From the NCBI GenBank assembly GCA_013239625.1, contig MU053881.1, forward strand, positions 7,711,957 through 7,775,956: a stretch of 64,000 nucleotides of DNA, read 5' to 3'. The DNA is from Lama guanicoe. Lineage: Eukaryota. How positions within the stretch are numbered: the stretch's first letter is position 1; each line of letters opens with the position of its first letter. The translations under genes were made by a program, and so were the position numbers. Positions 1 to 13,290 of the stretch are shown in pieces. Below the pieces are notes generated by a model. That model saw nothing but the letters and a program-made list of their open reading frames with translations. It was not told the origin of the DNA and ran no database searches.

Positions 1-304
1 AGTCTCGTCTGCCTTGATTCTGGTCACTGGTGTCCCTTTGGCTGGGATGCATAGGGGTGATGCGGCTGCCAAGACTGGCTTCTCATTCTAGTCTCTTTCC
101 TCCCCAGGAGAGGGGCAGACTTTATAAGCAGGGTGGGCCAGGGTTACTGCGGCTGTTAGGTACAGCTCCCACCCCCATAGTTCTTCAGTACCCCACACTC
201 TCTCTCAGTCAACTCACATGTAACATTTCAATTCTGCAAACTCTTAAGGAGGGTTGAGGGGAGGTGGTTTGGCATTTCTGAGCTATGCTAAGGGTTTCTT
301 TAGG

Positions 305-400
305 GAGGCATTTTTCATTCATTCCTCCCTTCATTCATTCAACAAACATGACTTGAGAGTCTACTGCATTCCAGTAACTGTATATAAAATCATGGCATGT
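305..400 (-). mobile_element. L2 3' end fragment
   Basis: ttcattcattcaacaaacat..ttgagagtctact is the typical reverse-strand L2 tail. Confidence 0.7.
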
Positions 401-1844
401 ACAGAAGAAAACCAGCAATTCAACTTAAAGAAAGAATGTAAGCAAAGGACAGAAGAAGGAACTTTCCTTTAGTGAGCCCTTTAAACTTCTCCGGGCTTGT
501 TTTTGCTTGTGGCTAAGTTTTGCCAGCATTGCCATCAGTTGCTCGGGACCTTCCTAAAATGCATTTCTGATCTCAAATGTTTACATTGTGTTTTGTAACC
601 GAGAGGAGGCATGTTCTCCCTTCTCCTCCATTCCTGCCATTCTGCCTCCCAAAGAGGCGTTTATGAAGGGATGGGGTGGGCGAGGGAGGGTTGTTGTTGA
701 CTTCTGAGCCCTTATCCACCCATGGTATGCTGCTAAGGGAGACATGCGTGAGGATAATGTCACCATTTGGACTTTGCTTCAGGCCTGGAATGGGACCTGT
801 TAAATTGTTCACAATTAAGCTGGTTTCAGAGTTATTTCTGTGTTCATATTCTCCATAATGTCAGCACATCACACAGACAAACTATCATTTATAAACTACT
901 GACAAAAATTTTTTTCCCCCTCAATGGGGAGGTGACACCCACAAGAAAGCTAAATAAACACAGAGGAGAATTCAGTGTAATTTATTATCCACGGAGCAAA
1001 GATAGCCGACAAGGAGAGAGGAAGTGAATGGTGGTGCCTGAAACAAAACATTTACCACGGAGCACAGAGTAAACAGATGTTGCGTTTACCCTTCTGAGTA
1101 CAAAAGGAGCCCGCAGATGTAATTCTTCTCCAACCACAATCTCGGCCTGGAAAAGGAGGAGACAGATGAAAATGGACTCTCGCGCGGGGCCCCTTTTCCC
1201 CGTCTTGCCTAAGGGCAGCCAGAGGCCCACTTTTCACCCGCAGCGCGGTGGCGGCCTGAACAGCGGAGCGGGGCAAGAGTGGACATCTTCGGTTTTTCAC
1301 TTGGCTCTGGAACATACTGGAGAGTGCTGTATTTAAATAAACATTTCCTGTTTGCGAAGGAATACGGGCTAAAGGCTGAAACGTGAGAATGTGGTAACTT
1401 AATTTTCTCCATCACTCCAGATGACAGCAAGCTTTGCCGGTGGTGGTTGGGTCCAATAAAAACCGGCACCGTGTCATAGGCTTTCCCTTACTTGACCACA
1501 GAGGTCCTGAGGTCAAGTGGGAGACTTTCCAAGATGCTCAACAGCCAAGCCCTGCATCCTGGTACTCTCAGCCCTAGGGGCCAGCTCGGAGGACCGGGGC
1601 AAGCTGGTGGATCGTGTGGCCTCTTTAGACCAGCCATGGGGATGTGGCCTTTCAGGGAGGCACAGTGCTCTCCTGCTGAAGCTGGGCTGGACATGAGCAG
1701 CTGAATGTATCCCCCTCCAGTGTGCTGTGCAGCTCTAAGCAGACTGATCTACCTCTCTGGGCCTTGTTTTACTGAAAGTAGAACTTTAGTATAGTCTATG
1801 GTTTTTTGTGTATAGTCTATAATTCAGTGGTAAACTGTCAGGGA

Positions 1845-1925
1845 CCTCTTCCCCAGAACATAGAACAGTGCTTGGCACATAGTAGGTTTTCAACAAGTAT
1901 GTGTTGAAGAAATTAATGATGAATT
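1845..1925 (+). mobile_element. L2 3' end fragment
   Basis: agaacagtgcttggcacatagtaggttttcaacaagtatgtgttgaa...gaat. Confidence 0.75.
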
Positions 1926-2499
1926 TCAGAAATACAAGTCTTTCTTTAGTTCTTACAAGTGAACGCTGGGCAATTAGAGATTTGCATTTTTATGTATGGC
2001 TAAGGGCTACTTACTAGTAACCTATTACATGAGTTATTAAGGGTTTCTAAAATTTGGCTTTCATGAACTAAAATCATTGCCTTACTAGAGTTACCATGGA
2101 CTCATAATGAACGATCCAGTTTGGAGTCTGGTTGCCAGGTGTTGCTTAGCAACCCTGCAAAACTCCTACTGTGCACGTGCCCATGAAAAGAGCTAACAAT
2201 CCTGCACACTTCAAACCGTAGGACTTTCTAATCAGGAACTCATCAGCATTATCCTGCACTCTCTGTAGTTTCTGATTGCTGCTCTGCTTGTATTAATGGA
2301 TGTATTTGTGGATTCATTTTGAAGTTTTGTTTTTGCCTGTGATCTGGGCCTTGTTTATTTCTGCATTTTTGCCATTTTGATAGTTATTTTGTTTCTCTCC
2401 TTTTCTGTTTGTTGTCACTGAGTTCTATGTCCCCTGGAAAGTGAGAACAGTGGGATCTTTTGCACTCAGGGGGCCAGGCAGAAAGGTTTCAGAGCCCCA

Positions 2500-2880
2500 A
2501 GTTCAGACCTGGGCTCTGCAGACAGGCAGCTCTGGTTTGAAATCTGGCTCTGTCTTTGCTGATGCACCTGGGGTGGGTTACTCTACTCCTCTGGGCTGCA
2601 GTCTATTTAAATCCCTTTGTACCACGTTTCCACCCCCATAATACAGGGATGATAATCGGACCGGCCCCGTGGGAATGCTGTGAATGTGGTGGCCCGAGGC
2701 AATCCATGTGATGCACTCAGCACAGTGCCCAGCACGTTGCTTTTCCGACAACCATTCCTTACTTGTAAAGTGCTCACAGTAAATGTTCCTCCTGGGGACA
2801 ATTAAGTGAAATAATGTACAGGAAGTGCTTAACACAGTACCTGGCACATAGGCCTCCACAAACGATTAATGATAGTGACC
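2500..2880 (+). mobile_element. MIR SINE with a second MIR 3' end in tandem
   Basis: MIR body followed by two copies of the cttagcacagtgcc-like tail (about 2715 and 2826). Confidence 0.65.
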
Positions 2881-3774
2881 ACGGCTGTTGTTCCCATTTC
2901 TTCATCTGGGCTCCATCCGGCTGGAAGTTTTGAGATGCCCGCTCGGAAGTGCCTGTCGAGGCAAGTTCCTCGCCTGCGCGGAGGCTGTGCCCAGCACCCT
3001 TGTGCCTGGTTGCCTGCCTCTCCTCTCTAGCTAAGCCCAGGTTGGCCTCTGTTCCATAAAAAGGGGATTACGGCTGAAGCGGTTTGTATCTTTTCCATGG
3101 GCGTGCTGCTTTGTGGTATATTTAAATAAGGAATGCATTTTATTTATTTATTTTGGGGGGTTGGAGTTTCATGGGGAATTTTTGGCCCTGACTTTTTTTT
3201 TCAATGCTCATGCCTTCTGTCTTTCTCTAAAAACCTCCTTTTACCGACTTCCCGTGTCTGCCTCTGTTAACTGCTTTTCCTTAAAACAGCTGTATTTACT
3301 AGCATGCTCCACCCTCATTATGTAAGGTGGTCTTAACCCTTTTTAGAACTGCTAGAAAAAGGAAAAACAAAAACAAAAACAAAAACCAACATATGGCTTT
3401 TCTGGACAGCTTTTCTGGACCGCCACTAATTCTGGATAGGGTAGATCAGAGGGTACCCTGCTGTGGTGCGTGATGTTGAATTTTCAAGGCTCTCCATTGT
3501 TCTTCTCCAGACTTAAATATAAATCCATCTTACCCAGGTGGGAAGAACTCAATAGGAATCCTCTATCCTGGAGACCTGGGTTGTGTTTTGTTACGACTGC
3601 TAGTGCTGGCCTGCCAAAGGCTATGCTTTCCTCCCCACTCTCTGTGGTCTTCGTGGTTCTGTTTCTAGCACCATATTTCATACAGCCGGTCCCTGGGAAA
3701 TGTTGTCAAGAGTGTGGGATCCAAAGTCCTTAATACTGAGTGGACTGGGAAGTGGGAGAGAAGTAACTTTGTGA

Positions 3775-3970
3775 GTAGAGGTGTGGACTTCAGAGCCAGA
3801 GTGGGCTCCAATCCTGGTTTACCACTTAACTAGCTGAGTGACCTCAGTTTCCTCATTTGTAAAACGGAAATAATAATAATACCCCTTCATAGGATGCTGT
3901 GAATATTGAATTAACTCACATAGTGACTGCCCGAACCAAAGTGCATCCTCCATGAATATTCCTGTCATTA
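3775..3970 (+). mobile_element. MIR SINE
   Basis: Core gtgacctcagtttcctcatttgtaaaa. Confidence 0.8.
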
Positions 3971-4049
3971 TGATTACTATAAGTCTTAATAATTGTAGTC
4001 TTCCTTCCAGAGCAAGCTCGCGATAAAGCCTGCTTTGGAAAAATACAGA

Positions 4050-4920
4050 TTGTCAAGGTTGAAAGAGTCCTCTCATCCCAAGTTCCAACCATATGCAGGT
4101 TGATCTTCCACCAACATAATTTTGGGGGAAGATAATTTTCCTTTGCTTGATTATATTTGGCGGTGAGGCACTCAGTTTTTCCTAAAGCAGTTTATTCCAA
4201 TTTTAAAAGCAGTTCTAAGAAGAAATTCCTCTTTATTTAGGAGTTGAACTGATCTCCTATTACTTGTTATTACACAGAGCAAGCAGAATCCTTTTTTCCA
4301 AATGATAGGATTTCAAACATCTTATTGCTGTTGCGTTTCTCACCACCCACTTACCCAAGTCTTCCCTCTTCTTCCATATACTTTTCTTCCATAAGCTCAA
4401 CGATTCTGTGCATGTTAGACTTTGAGACAGGTCCTCTCCCTGTTCCTGGTTATCTTCCTCTAAATAGGTTCTGATCCTCTTTGCCTGTGTTAGTTCGAAC
4501 GAGATCTTCTGCTCCTCACCGGCTGGACTCCTGTCACTGCTGAAGTCTTTCACTTTGGACAGCCACTGCCCCTGGGGCTTCTCACTTCGACCAGGCTGGT
4601 CACCGCATCCCCAGCGTCTCCCCAGCCTTCCCTGCTGTTGATCCTACTTCCCCTCATCCCAGATTTGTGCACTTGACTTTTGGCATCTAAGTGCAATGCT
4701 TTGCATTTATCCTAATTAAATTTTGGCAAATGGTTTCATTTCTTCAGCTTTTCAGGAACATTTCTATTTTGAATTTCCCTTTTAGCATGTTAACCACTCC
4801 TCTCCTCATTTCCTCTGCATTTCTAGTGAGCTTGCCCCACAGACCTTTATCCAGGTTGTCAGTATAATCAGCAGCATCCTCTCTGCTTTTTTTCGAAGCC
4901 TTTCTATGATCTGGGTGTGG
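4050..4920 (-). mobile_element. L3/CR1 LINE fragment(s)
   Basis: CR1-like 3' end (gttgaaagagtcct..gttccaacc) and RT-region motif atttgtgcacttgactt..ctaagtgcaatgctttgcatttatcc. Confidence 0.6.
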
Positions 4921-5439
4921 ATTACATAAATATATTGTCCTGGTCTTTCTGGCTGGGGTTGATAAAAATGTTAAGGTCTTATTGGCCTGTAGCATCTTCT
5001 TTCCCTGGAGTTCTGTTCATATTTTCTCTGGAATGGTTTCCTATTAATGTTTAATTCCTCTGTTTGTTGAATTTTCTCTAAACTTTCGGTTTCTTGTAGC
5101 ACTTTCCATCATGATTGCTGCTTCACCCTTGTGCTGTCAGGCTGGTGCCAGAAGTCCCGTCAGCGTGGGATGTGGGGAGCTTGTGTGTGTGTCGGTGTAT
5201 ATGTGTGTGTTGTTCTCTCCCGTAAAATATTTTAGCCTGAGAAACTGGGCCCTTCTTCCAGCAGTCTAGCTCAGATGAGAAGCCTCAGTTTCTCAACGCG
5301 ATGTCTTTTACCATCTGGGGTGCCCGTTGGCATGAGGCCCGCTTGCTTGAGTAGTGCTTGGAATAAATGTGATGGAGGATGAAGCGTGGAGGACTGAGGC
5401 CTGCAGACGCTCCCCGAGTCTCGGTCACCAGTGATAATA

Positions 5440-5700
5440 ATAATGGCAACAGCAAATCACTGAGGCTACAGCAGCTGCCATTTAGGGAGCCCCTCTGTGC
5501 CCGGCGCTGCTCTCACACGACGTGCATGGACTCAGTCTTTGAACAATCATGCAAGACAGGCACTCACTTTGTCCCCATTTTACAGATGAGTAAATGAAGT
5601 CAGAGGGGGTCAAGTAACTTCCGCAAGTGGGAGGAGTGCAGTCAGGGTTCATCCATACAGGCTGGTCTCTGTCTTCCCCATCTTCTAAACCCAATTCTCA
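5440..5700 (-). mobile_element. MIR SINE
   Basis: ccccattttacagatgagtaaatgaagtcagagggggtcaagtaactt. Confidence 0.8.
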
Positions 5701-7249
5701 AAGAACAAGCAGAAGGAAAACAAAAACAAAGACAACGAGTCCCAGCTGAATTAGTGAGAATCTGTTTGATGCAAGGTATCCTGAGAGGAACGCCAATGCC
5801 ATGTTCTGGACACCTGGCCAAGGAGCCACCGCGTCCAGCACGTCCAGTTTGGCGAAGTAAGTGACTTTTGAATTGGAGCTTGAAGGATGACTAGGGTTCC
5901 CATAGGTGGAAATGGGAACATGGCTCAGATTCGCAGAAGTTCATGGTTACGTGGAACCCAAGGGCCTGAGCCCAGTTTAAAATGATAGGAGCTGCACTTC
6001 AGGAAGTTTTATCTAACATAAAACCTTATGGCATTTAGGGCATTTAGGGTTAAATCCAGTCTTAAGAAAAATATCACCATAGTTTTGTGGCTATTTATTT
6101 ATTTATTTTGGCTTTGAGGGGAGACACCGTCCGAGAACAGTTCTGCTGAGCCTTCTTGACCAGCCTTTCCCCCACAAGTATCTGCCTAGCTTTTCTCAGG
6201 GATTGCGCTCCTTTCCAGTTCATTGTGCCACCAGCCTTCTCTCAGCCGTGATCTCTGGGCTCCCGCCACCCTGAGGTCAGGTCTTGCTAGAACAGGACGT
6301 ATGTAAGACGCATCCCGGCTGCAGTGAGTGTGACTTCACTTTTCACGGCCTCCTCGCTGCTTGTGTGGGCTCACACTCCTCTTCTCTTGTCCGAAATGCC
6401 AGTCTTGAGTTCCTGACCCCTGATTCATCCCGCAGTTTGGCAGCGGTGTGGATTGTGGTTCCTGAAAGCCTGCCAGCCCGTTGAACCACCCACCTTGACT
6501 CCCTCTTGAGTGTTCTGGCCTCCCTAGTTCCTGTCTGCTACCCAGCGTGCCCACTACTTGCCCCCCCTGCTCGCAGGAATCAGAGTGTATCCTGACCCAG
6601 GCTAGTCTGCATGGTGGGAAGTCCATGGTCCTCCTCTGATCCGAGGTTTGTGGGCTTGGCCATGGCTTTGTGCATCTGATGTAGCTCTCCTGGAGCCTGG
6701 GCTACCCGTCACCCCTGCCTTGACCCTTCCAGCTTGGCTTGCCCTTGGCTGTTCTTCATGTAGCTCTCCGTGGTCTAGTACTCCACTGGGACTTTTAGCA
6801 TCTAAGCCTCAGGGCCTGCGATTGGATTTCAGGAGAATCTTTGCAGCCTGGACTTTCACTGGAGACCGGAGACTCCCAGTCCATGGCTGTGTCCTGGAAA
6901 TAACCCCAGACTTCATCTTCATGACCATCTGAAGCCTTTTATGATGCCCAGGGTTGTGCTCAGAGGGACTCCAGGGCTGGACTCCATGAGTGACGAATTG
7001 CAACATGCCCCTAAGCTCCCTGAAACCAAGGCAGGGAGAGAGAAGATTCTTCTGTGATTGAAAGGCTCGGTGATAATGATTTCATTAGAGAGCTGTTCTG
7101 CTCAGAAATGTGTTACAGAAGTTCCTGGACCGTCTAGCACTTTCCTGACATTCCTTTCTCTCCTCTGGGTCTCTGTCCAGCTTTGGAATGTAGGTAGAAA
7201 AGTGGTTTTTATATGGGGTTTTGAAGTGGTATTAATGGGAAACCATTAG

Positions 7250-7620
7250 GGAGTACAGTTTGATGTAACCTTTAATGAAGAAAAACGCCTAGGTGGAATC
7301 CTGCTTTCCATCATTTCTTTAACTGCGGGACCTTGTAGGAGTATCTTTCTGAGTCCTAATTGTCTCCTCTGTAACCTTTACAATGGTAGGAATAACACTT
7401 CTCTCGTGGGGCTGATGCAGCTTTAAATGAGATCAGATGTCTGCACATGCCTCCTAAATCTAGTGCTATGTAAATGCCTCACCAAGTCCACTCACAGTGT
7501 CTGATTTTAACCGCTAAATCCTGCATCCAAATGGTGATTATGATTAGAGTTCATCTCAGACTCTTGCGTTTACAGATGAGGAAACGTGGCAAACGCCAGA
7601 GTCTTGCTCAGGGTCACCTA
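7250..7620. mobile_element. Two MIR/MIR3 fragments in opposite orientation
   Basis: Degenerate + MIR at 7250-7480, and tttacagatgaggaaac core on - at 7570. Confidence 0.55.
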
Positions 7621-9802
7621 TGTTTTTGAACTTTTTCTGGGGTTTTCCTCTTCACTTCTCAAGATGCTTCTTTTACAGGTGCAGATATAACCTCACACCA
7701 GTCATGTCAGCAACTCAACCAGGTGGAGCTGGGAGGACTTTTTGCCTGAGTGATTGATGAGTGGCCATTTCCCAGAAAGTGGAACCAAGTTAAGGGGCTC
7801 CCTGAAAGATGGAGTCATTTAAAGGAGCTATTTGCTGAGTGCCTGCAATGATGAATAAAGCAAGTGAAACGTCCTTATCACCAGAACAGCTCAAAATAAT
7901 ACGGAAATCAATCCAGGCTGTCCTTTCCCACCAAACGACTGAGCAAGACAAGGGCCACTGCTTTAGGTTCAGAGAGATTTATGGGATGGCAGGGGAAATG
8001 AAGGATGGGACACCACTGATGAAAGCAAGCCCCCACTCATCCCATTTAGTGGGTACAAATATGTAAAGAAACTCACACACCATTAAAAAAAATAGTACGA
8101 GTAGAATTTAAAAAAAAAAACAGAACTCATGGGGAAAATATTAATCTGAGAACAATTGTATCCGAGAAAGAATTCAAGTATGCCTCCGCAGCTAGCTGGC
8201 AAACAGCACAAGTTCTGCATTTTATTAGAGTCCTCACTGCGGAGAACGCTGACCTTACTTGAGAAGCATTTCATAAACACTGACAGCACAGCAGCATTCG
8301 AGGCCGTGAGGAGACACAGGGCCTCCTTTGGGAGGCCAGCTTCCCCTCCTGGGCTGTTCCTGGACCACTGGACGTTGTTTCCCTGTGGTGCCCCTTCCCT
8401 TATTCTTCTCCTTTAGGTCTAACAAGGCAGGTAGGAGTTTTCCCAGGGGGAAAATGAGGGAGTAGGGGTGGGGGGCTTTGGACTGAAATTTGCCCTTTGC
8501 GCAGGTTTGCCTGGGAGTGGGGAAGGCTGTGAGGAAGACTCGGCTTTGAGGGAAAGAGTCGGAGAACTTTTGTTTGGCCCAGTGTCTTTTTGGAGATGTC
8601 ACCTCGCGCCTGGAGATGTGTGACGTGTATGTGTGTAGAAGGGTGGTTCCTGGGCAGCATTCACCTGACCCTTGGGAATGGGAGAGCTGTGGCTGGCAGT
8701 AGCCCTGCGAAATGTGTGCACTCCATCTCCTCCTGCTAGAAGTTGGCACTTTTCTTTCCATCTGCTGCCAGCTTACAAGTCCTGAATTTCTGCCATGGAA
8801 CTTGGTTCTTTCCCTCCCCCTCTCATTTCCTCCCCTAGCCAAGAGATTTTCAGACTTTTAAAGTATCTCAGGAGATCATCTGGTCTACCCACTCCCCACT
8901 GCTCTCAGCAGGCTCAGACAGATACGTGTCTTCAAGCTGTCGTAGGAGGGGACCTCAGCTTTGTGGTGTGAACTGCCCTCCTGAGAAGTGTGTCCTGTTT
9001 TCATTTCAGCCTTGATCGCAGCATTTGGTCCTCAGTAACGATAACTCAGAGCTGTAGGAAGCCTCCACCAATCTGGGAAACTAGGGAGACAGAAGACGGA
9101 CCAAATCTAGTACAAAAAATAAAAAATAACGTGGACCCAGAAGGGAGAGGCACCAAAGGGTGAGCTGGGATTGCAGATCATATCCTGAGGGCTCTAAGCA
9201 CCAAGGTAGCTTAAGATCTAGAAAAGGAAGGTCCCAGACAAAAAAAAGCTGCAAAGGAAGGAAAGCTGGGAACAAAGACTGGAGCAGAAATCCAAAAGGG
9301 GAAGGCCAATTACTTCATGGGAGTTTTTAATGGCTCTAGCACCCTGCTTCTAATTACTTCATACCACAAGATGGTAACCAATCTGCTGTGTCTACTCTGT
9401 TTAGGCATACATTTTAATACTTTCTGAAACATTTCCCATAAGCTTTCTCCTGCCATGTGCCTTCCTTGTATGTTCTAGAAATTTTGTAAAGACCTAAATC
9501 TCCTCTGGGTTCTTTCCCGACTGGAGCTGCATGCTGATTTGAGCCATATTCAGCCAGGAAGCTCTCTTCCCGTCTTTAAAACAAGAAACATCTCCTTCTG
9601 AGAAGACTGCGCTACAGTTTTCTTTGTCTGTGTTGTTAACGAACAAAGAGGCCCCACTGCAAAACAGCATTTCACGAGCAGAGCGGGGCTGATAGCACCT
9701 CTTGCCAAATGTGACTGTGTGTAGTTGTGTGGGGGTGTGGGGGAGAAACAGCTTTGTCAAGAGGAGGGCCGAGGGAGGCAGCTCTGGGGAATTTTTAGCA
9801 AC

Positions 9803-9990
9803 TGCAGCATGGTGTAGTGGAAAGAAAGTTTGCCTGGGAATTTGGAGACCTGGCTGTACCTCTGACATACTGTGTGACCTTGGACAAGTCACTTGACCTC
9901 TCTGGGCCTCAGTTTCCTTGTCTTTTAAGGGGATGAAGGGAGTAGACTGGACAATCTCCAAGGATCATTTTAGTCCGATGCATCCTCACT
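9803..9990 (+). mobile_element. MIR3/MIRc SINE
   Basis: gcagcatggtgtagtggaaaga...tgtgaccttggacaagtcacttgacctctctgggcctcagtttcc...gactggacaatctccaagg. Confidence 0.85.
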
Positions 9991-10452
9991 TCTAGGGGCT
10001 GGGATTTAGGGTTTAGACCTGAGCCAACATCCATCCAACCCAAGGGACTTTCTAGAGGCAATAGAGAGGCCAGGACAGCTGCTTCAGGGAGTGGCTGGTC
10101 CTTGATTAAGGCTCAAATAATTAGCTCAGCTCCGCCGTAAGCTTTCTGAAATTAAGAAAGAAAAAGATGTTTAGTTTCAAAAATAGCAGTCAGTGTTTCT
10201 TAAACCTGATTGGCTCTGGGCTTTGTAGACTTTATGCACAGGCAGAATTTCCCTTCCTCTAGAGCGGAGCAGTTTACAGTATTGACGCTGGAATTGGTGT
10301 GACCTGGGCTTGCGTGGCATCACAAGCTACGTAATCTTGGGCACGTTCTTTGACAGTCACCTGCCTCATTGGGTTGCTGGAGGATCAAATGACGTGAGAC
10401 AGTCAAGCTTAGAGGCTACTGCCTGGCATTAAATAACCACTCAAAAAGCCAT

Positions 10453-11008
10453 TATTCTGATTACCTATTGCTGCTTAACAAAGCACCCCAAAACTTTGTG
10501 TTATAAAGCAACCAGCATTTTATTATACTCCGTGATTCCTTGGGTCAGGATTTTGGACACGGTTCAGTAGGATGGCCTGTCTCTGCTCCCTGATGTAGGA
10601 GGCACCATCCAGAGAGTGTGGGAGTGACTGGGGGGACTTGAATGGCTGGTGCTAGAATCATCTGCTGGTTATTTACTTATATGCCTGACACCCAGGTGGG
10701 TTGACTTGAAGGCTGAGCTGTGCTGGGGCTGTTGACCAGGGGTGCCCACATGTGACCTGTCTATGTGGCTTGAGCTTCCATGAAGCATGGCAGCCTTAGG
10801 GTGATCTAACTTCTTTCACTGGGGCTCAGAGCTCTCCGAAAATTGTGTCAGTCAACAACCCAGAAGTTGCGTGGCTTTTTATGAACTAACCTTAGAAGTA
10901 ACATAGTAACCTCTTTCCTGTATTCCATTGCTCTAAACAGCGCCAACTAGCCCAGATTAAAGGGTAGGGAAGTCCCAGAGAATGTGCGGCCATGTTCTAA
11001 AAACTACA
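10453..11008 (-). mobile_element. MaLR solo LTR (MLT1H/G-like) with 5-bp TSD gccat
   Basis: MLT1 terminal motifs. Identical gccat at 10448-10452 and 11009-11013. Confidence 0.85.
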
Positions 11009-11169
11009 GCCATGTAATTAGCATTATTTTCTATACCATGTAACTAATCTCCTAACTGAATTAAAAGCTTCTTGAGGGTGGGAGCTATATGTTTCTCTGT
11101 GGGCTTAGTACAGTGCTTGTGAAAATAAAACTAAGTCAACACATTTTTAAACATCAAATTGACTTCGAT

Positions 11170-11560
11170 GGGTAGGAGCAAAGTCCCCGAGCTTTGATTT
11201 TACAAAGAGATTTGGATTTTTAAAACATCCGTATTCAAAATATGCCCTTTGACAAAATACTTGTCTTTCTAGACTCAGTTTTCTCACCCCCAAAAATGGA
11301 GACAGTAAGACCTATATCGAGGATTGTTGTAAGAATTAGCAGTATTATATGCAAAAGGCCCAACACAGAGTTGATGCTGATGAAGACTGTGGGGCATCAT
11401 GGCACTGTGGCAAGAACACCGATGCTCAAGCTGACAGATCTGGTTTCAAATCCCATCACTTCTTTTCTTCAATGAAAGACAAGTCCTTTCATTGTTAGGA
11501 GTCTTAGGATCCTCATCTGTAAAATGGGTATAATAGTAAAAACCTTTGTAAAGTGAGTAG
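11170..11560 (+). mobile_element. Two tandem MIR fragments
   Basis: ctcagttttctca..aaaatggag and cctcatctgtaaaatgggtataatagt cores. Confidence 0.7.
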
Positions 11561-12439
11561 CCACAGTTAACAATTGTAGTTCTCTTGTTTGTATATTGAT
11601 TCATCCATGAATTTATGCATTGAACAACTATATATTTAATTATAATCCTGTGTTTAATTACACAGTAGCCTCATTTTTCAGTTCCCTGTGTACTGGGGTC
11701 TGTTGATGCCTAGGTCTGGGAAGATACCCTCACAGAGTAGAGAACTTGCCCTCTGGCAGGGAGCCAGCTTGGGATACTACGCAATTTGAAGACATCTTGC
11801 AATTGAATTTTAATTACCCCTGTTGGCTTTGCCCCAGAGTGCCCCCTGGCTACCTGGAGGTATAACCATTTTGCTCAGATAGACTCGTTTCTATTTTCCT
11901 TTGGGCCAATCCTCTTCCTTACTGCTGTGTAACTGCAAGCAAACATGCTAGCTCTTCCTGTGTCTGTTTTTGTTGTTGCCTTTTTTTTTTTTTAAAGCAT
12001 TGTTTTCCTGGCTCAGATTCTGCAAACTCTACCAGCCTTGTCTGTGTGGTGCCAAGCCAGGTCACCAGGTTTAATTTTTGTAGGTAGTTTCTGGAACCTG
12101 AGGCTCTGTTAGGAACCACTGACTAGGAGCTGCTTCTGTTCTTCCCTAAGATCTGCTAAAAGCTCCCCCCACCTTCTTTTTGTCTAGATAATCTGATAAA
12201 ATCAATTGACCTTGTTCTTAGAAAAACGCACAAACTCACAGTATTTTGCAAATGATTTTGAGGCCATTCATGGCCACTTTTCCGGATGACAATTTTCTTG
12301 TGAGCGACCCTATCTGTTTCAGTGATTTTGATTACATGGGCTTCTGGGGGTTTGCTGAGTTCTACTTGAAGTTCATGGTATGCCTGCGAGATTGTTGTAC
12401 ATCTTCTTGCTTATGTAAGTCTTTCCATCCTCTCCCTCG

Positions 12440-12830
12440 TAGTAGGCGTGCTGTGTGGTGGCTGCCTAGGATTCAGTCTCGCTTCCTAGGAGAATATTGT
12501 GTTTTGCAACTACAGGATACAGTCTGGTGGGTTTGTAGTCAGGGACTTTGCCCTCGCCTACTCAAGGGAGGAGCTCATGACCCAAGTCAGGTCCGTCCAG
12601 TGCTGCCTCCCTGGAATTGGAATCTTGACCAGAGGGACAAAGAGATTGGACATGATGGTTTGACATACCATCTGAGCACTTCTGCAAGGACCAGACATGC
12701 CTGCTTTCCTTTTCCCAAGAATTTCTTTTAAGATTCCCATTGAATCCAGAAGTCCCTGATAGCCTCCTAGTGAATTCTCTTTTGCTCAGGTTCACAGACT
12801 TGCAACCAAATAACTCTAACTGAGAAAGCC
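12440..12830 (+). mobile_element. MaLR solo LTR (MLT1J/K-like), sense orientation
   Basis: 3' terminus cttgcaaccaaataactctaactga resembles MLT1J/K ends. Confidence 0.6.
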
Positions 12831-12849
12831 ACAGACAGCAAACTTCTGT

Positions 12850-13290
12850 GGGAGAAAGTGGTATAATGAGAAAGATTGTGCCTGGCGTTTGGAGAAAGGC
12901 AGACCCGGGTTTGAATCACAGTTCACCATTCACCAGCTGGGTGCCCGTAGGCGAGTTCACTTTTCTCTTAGGATGTCAGCATCATTGTAAAATAAAGATA
13001 ATGAGTCCTGAAACCCTGATTCTCAGACTTGGCTGCACCTTGGAATCACCTGGGGAGATTTAAAAATGACTGAAAACAGGGTCCCATCCCCAGTAATTCT
13101 GATTTAATGATTGGGATGGGGAGGGCGGTGCTTCCTGGATGTGATTTTGTAAAGCTCCCAGGTATTTCTGTTGTGCAGCAGTCTTTGAGAAAACTGACCT
13201 AATGACAAACTTGAAATTATAGAGAATATTAAATAAGTTATGAAAAACACTTAGAGAGTTATGTAGGGATTGATAAAAGTCACTCTCCTT
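12850..13290 (+). mobile_element. MIR interrupted by MER5A (about 13015-13197)
   Basis: MIR 5' part, then ttctcagacttggctgcaccttggaatcacctgggg...tttgagaaaactg, then the MIR tail. Confidence 0.75.

Noticed and set aside
7640..7690. Acceptor-like cttcttttacag|gtgcag
   Set aside because: No LRR-coding frame or convincing donor follows, so it is treated as a pseudo-splice site.
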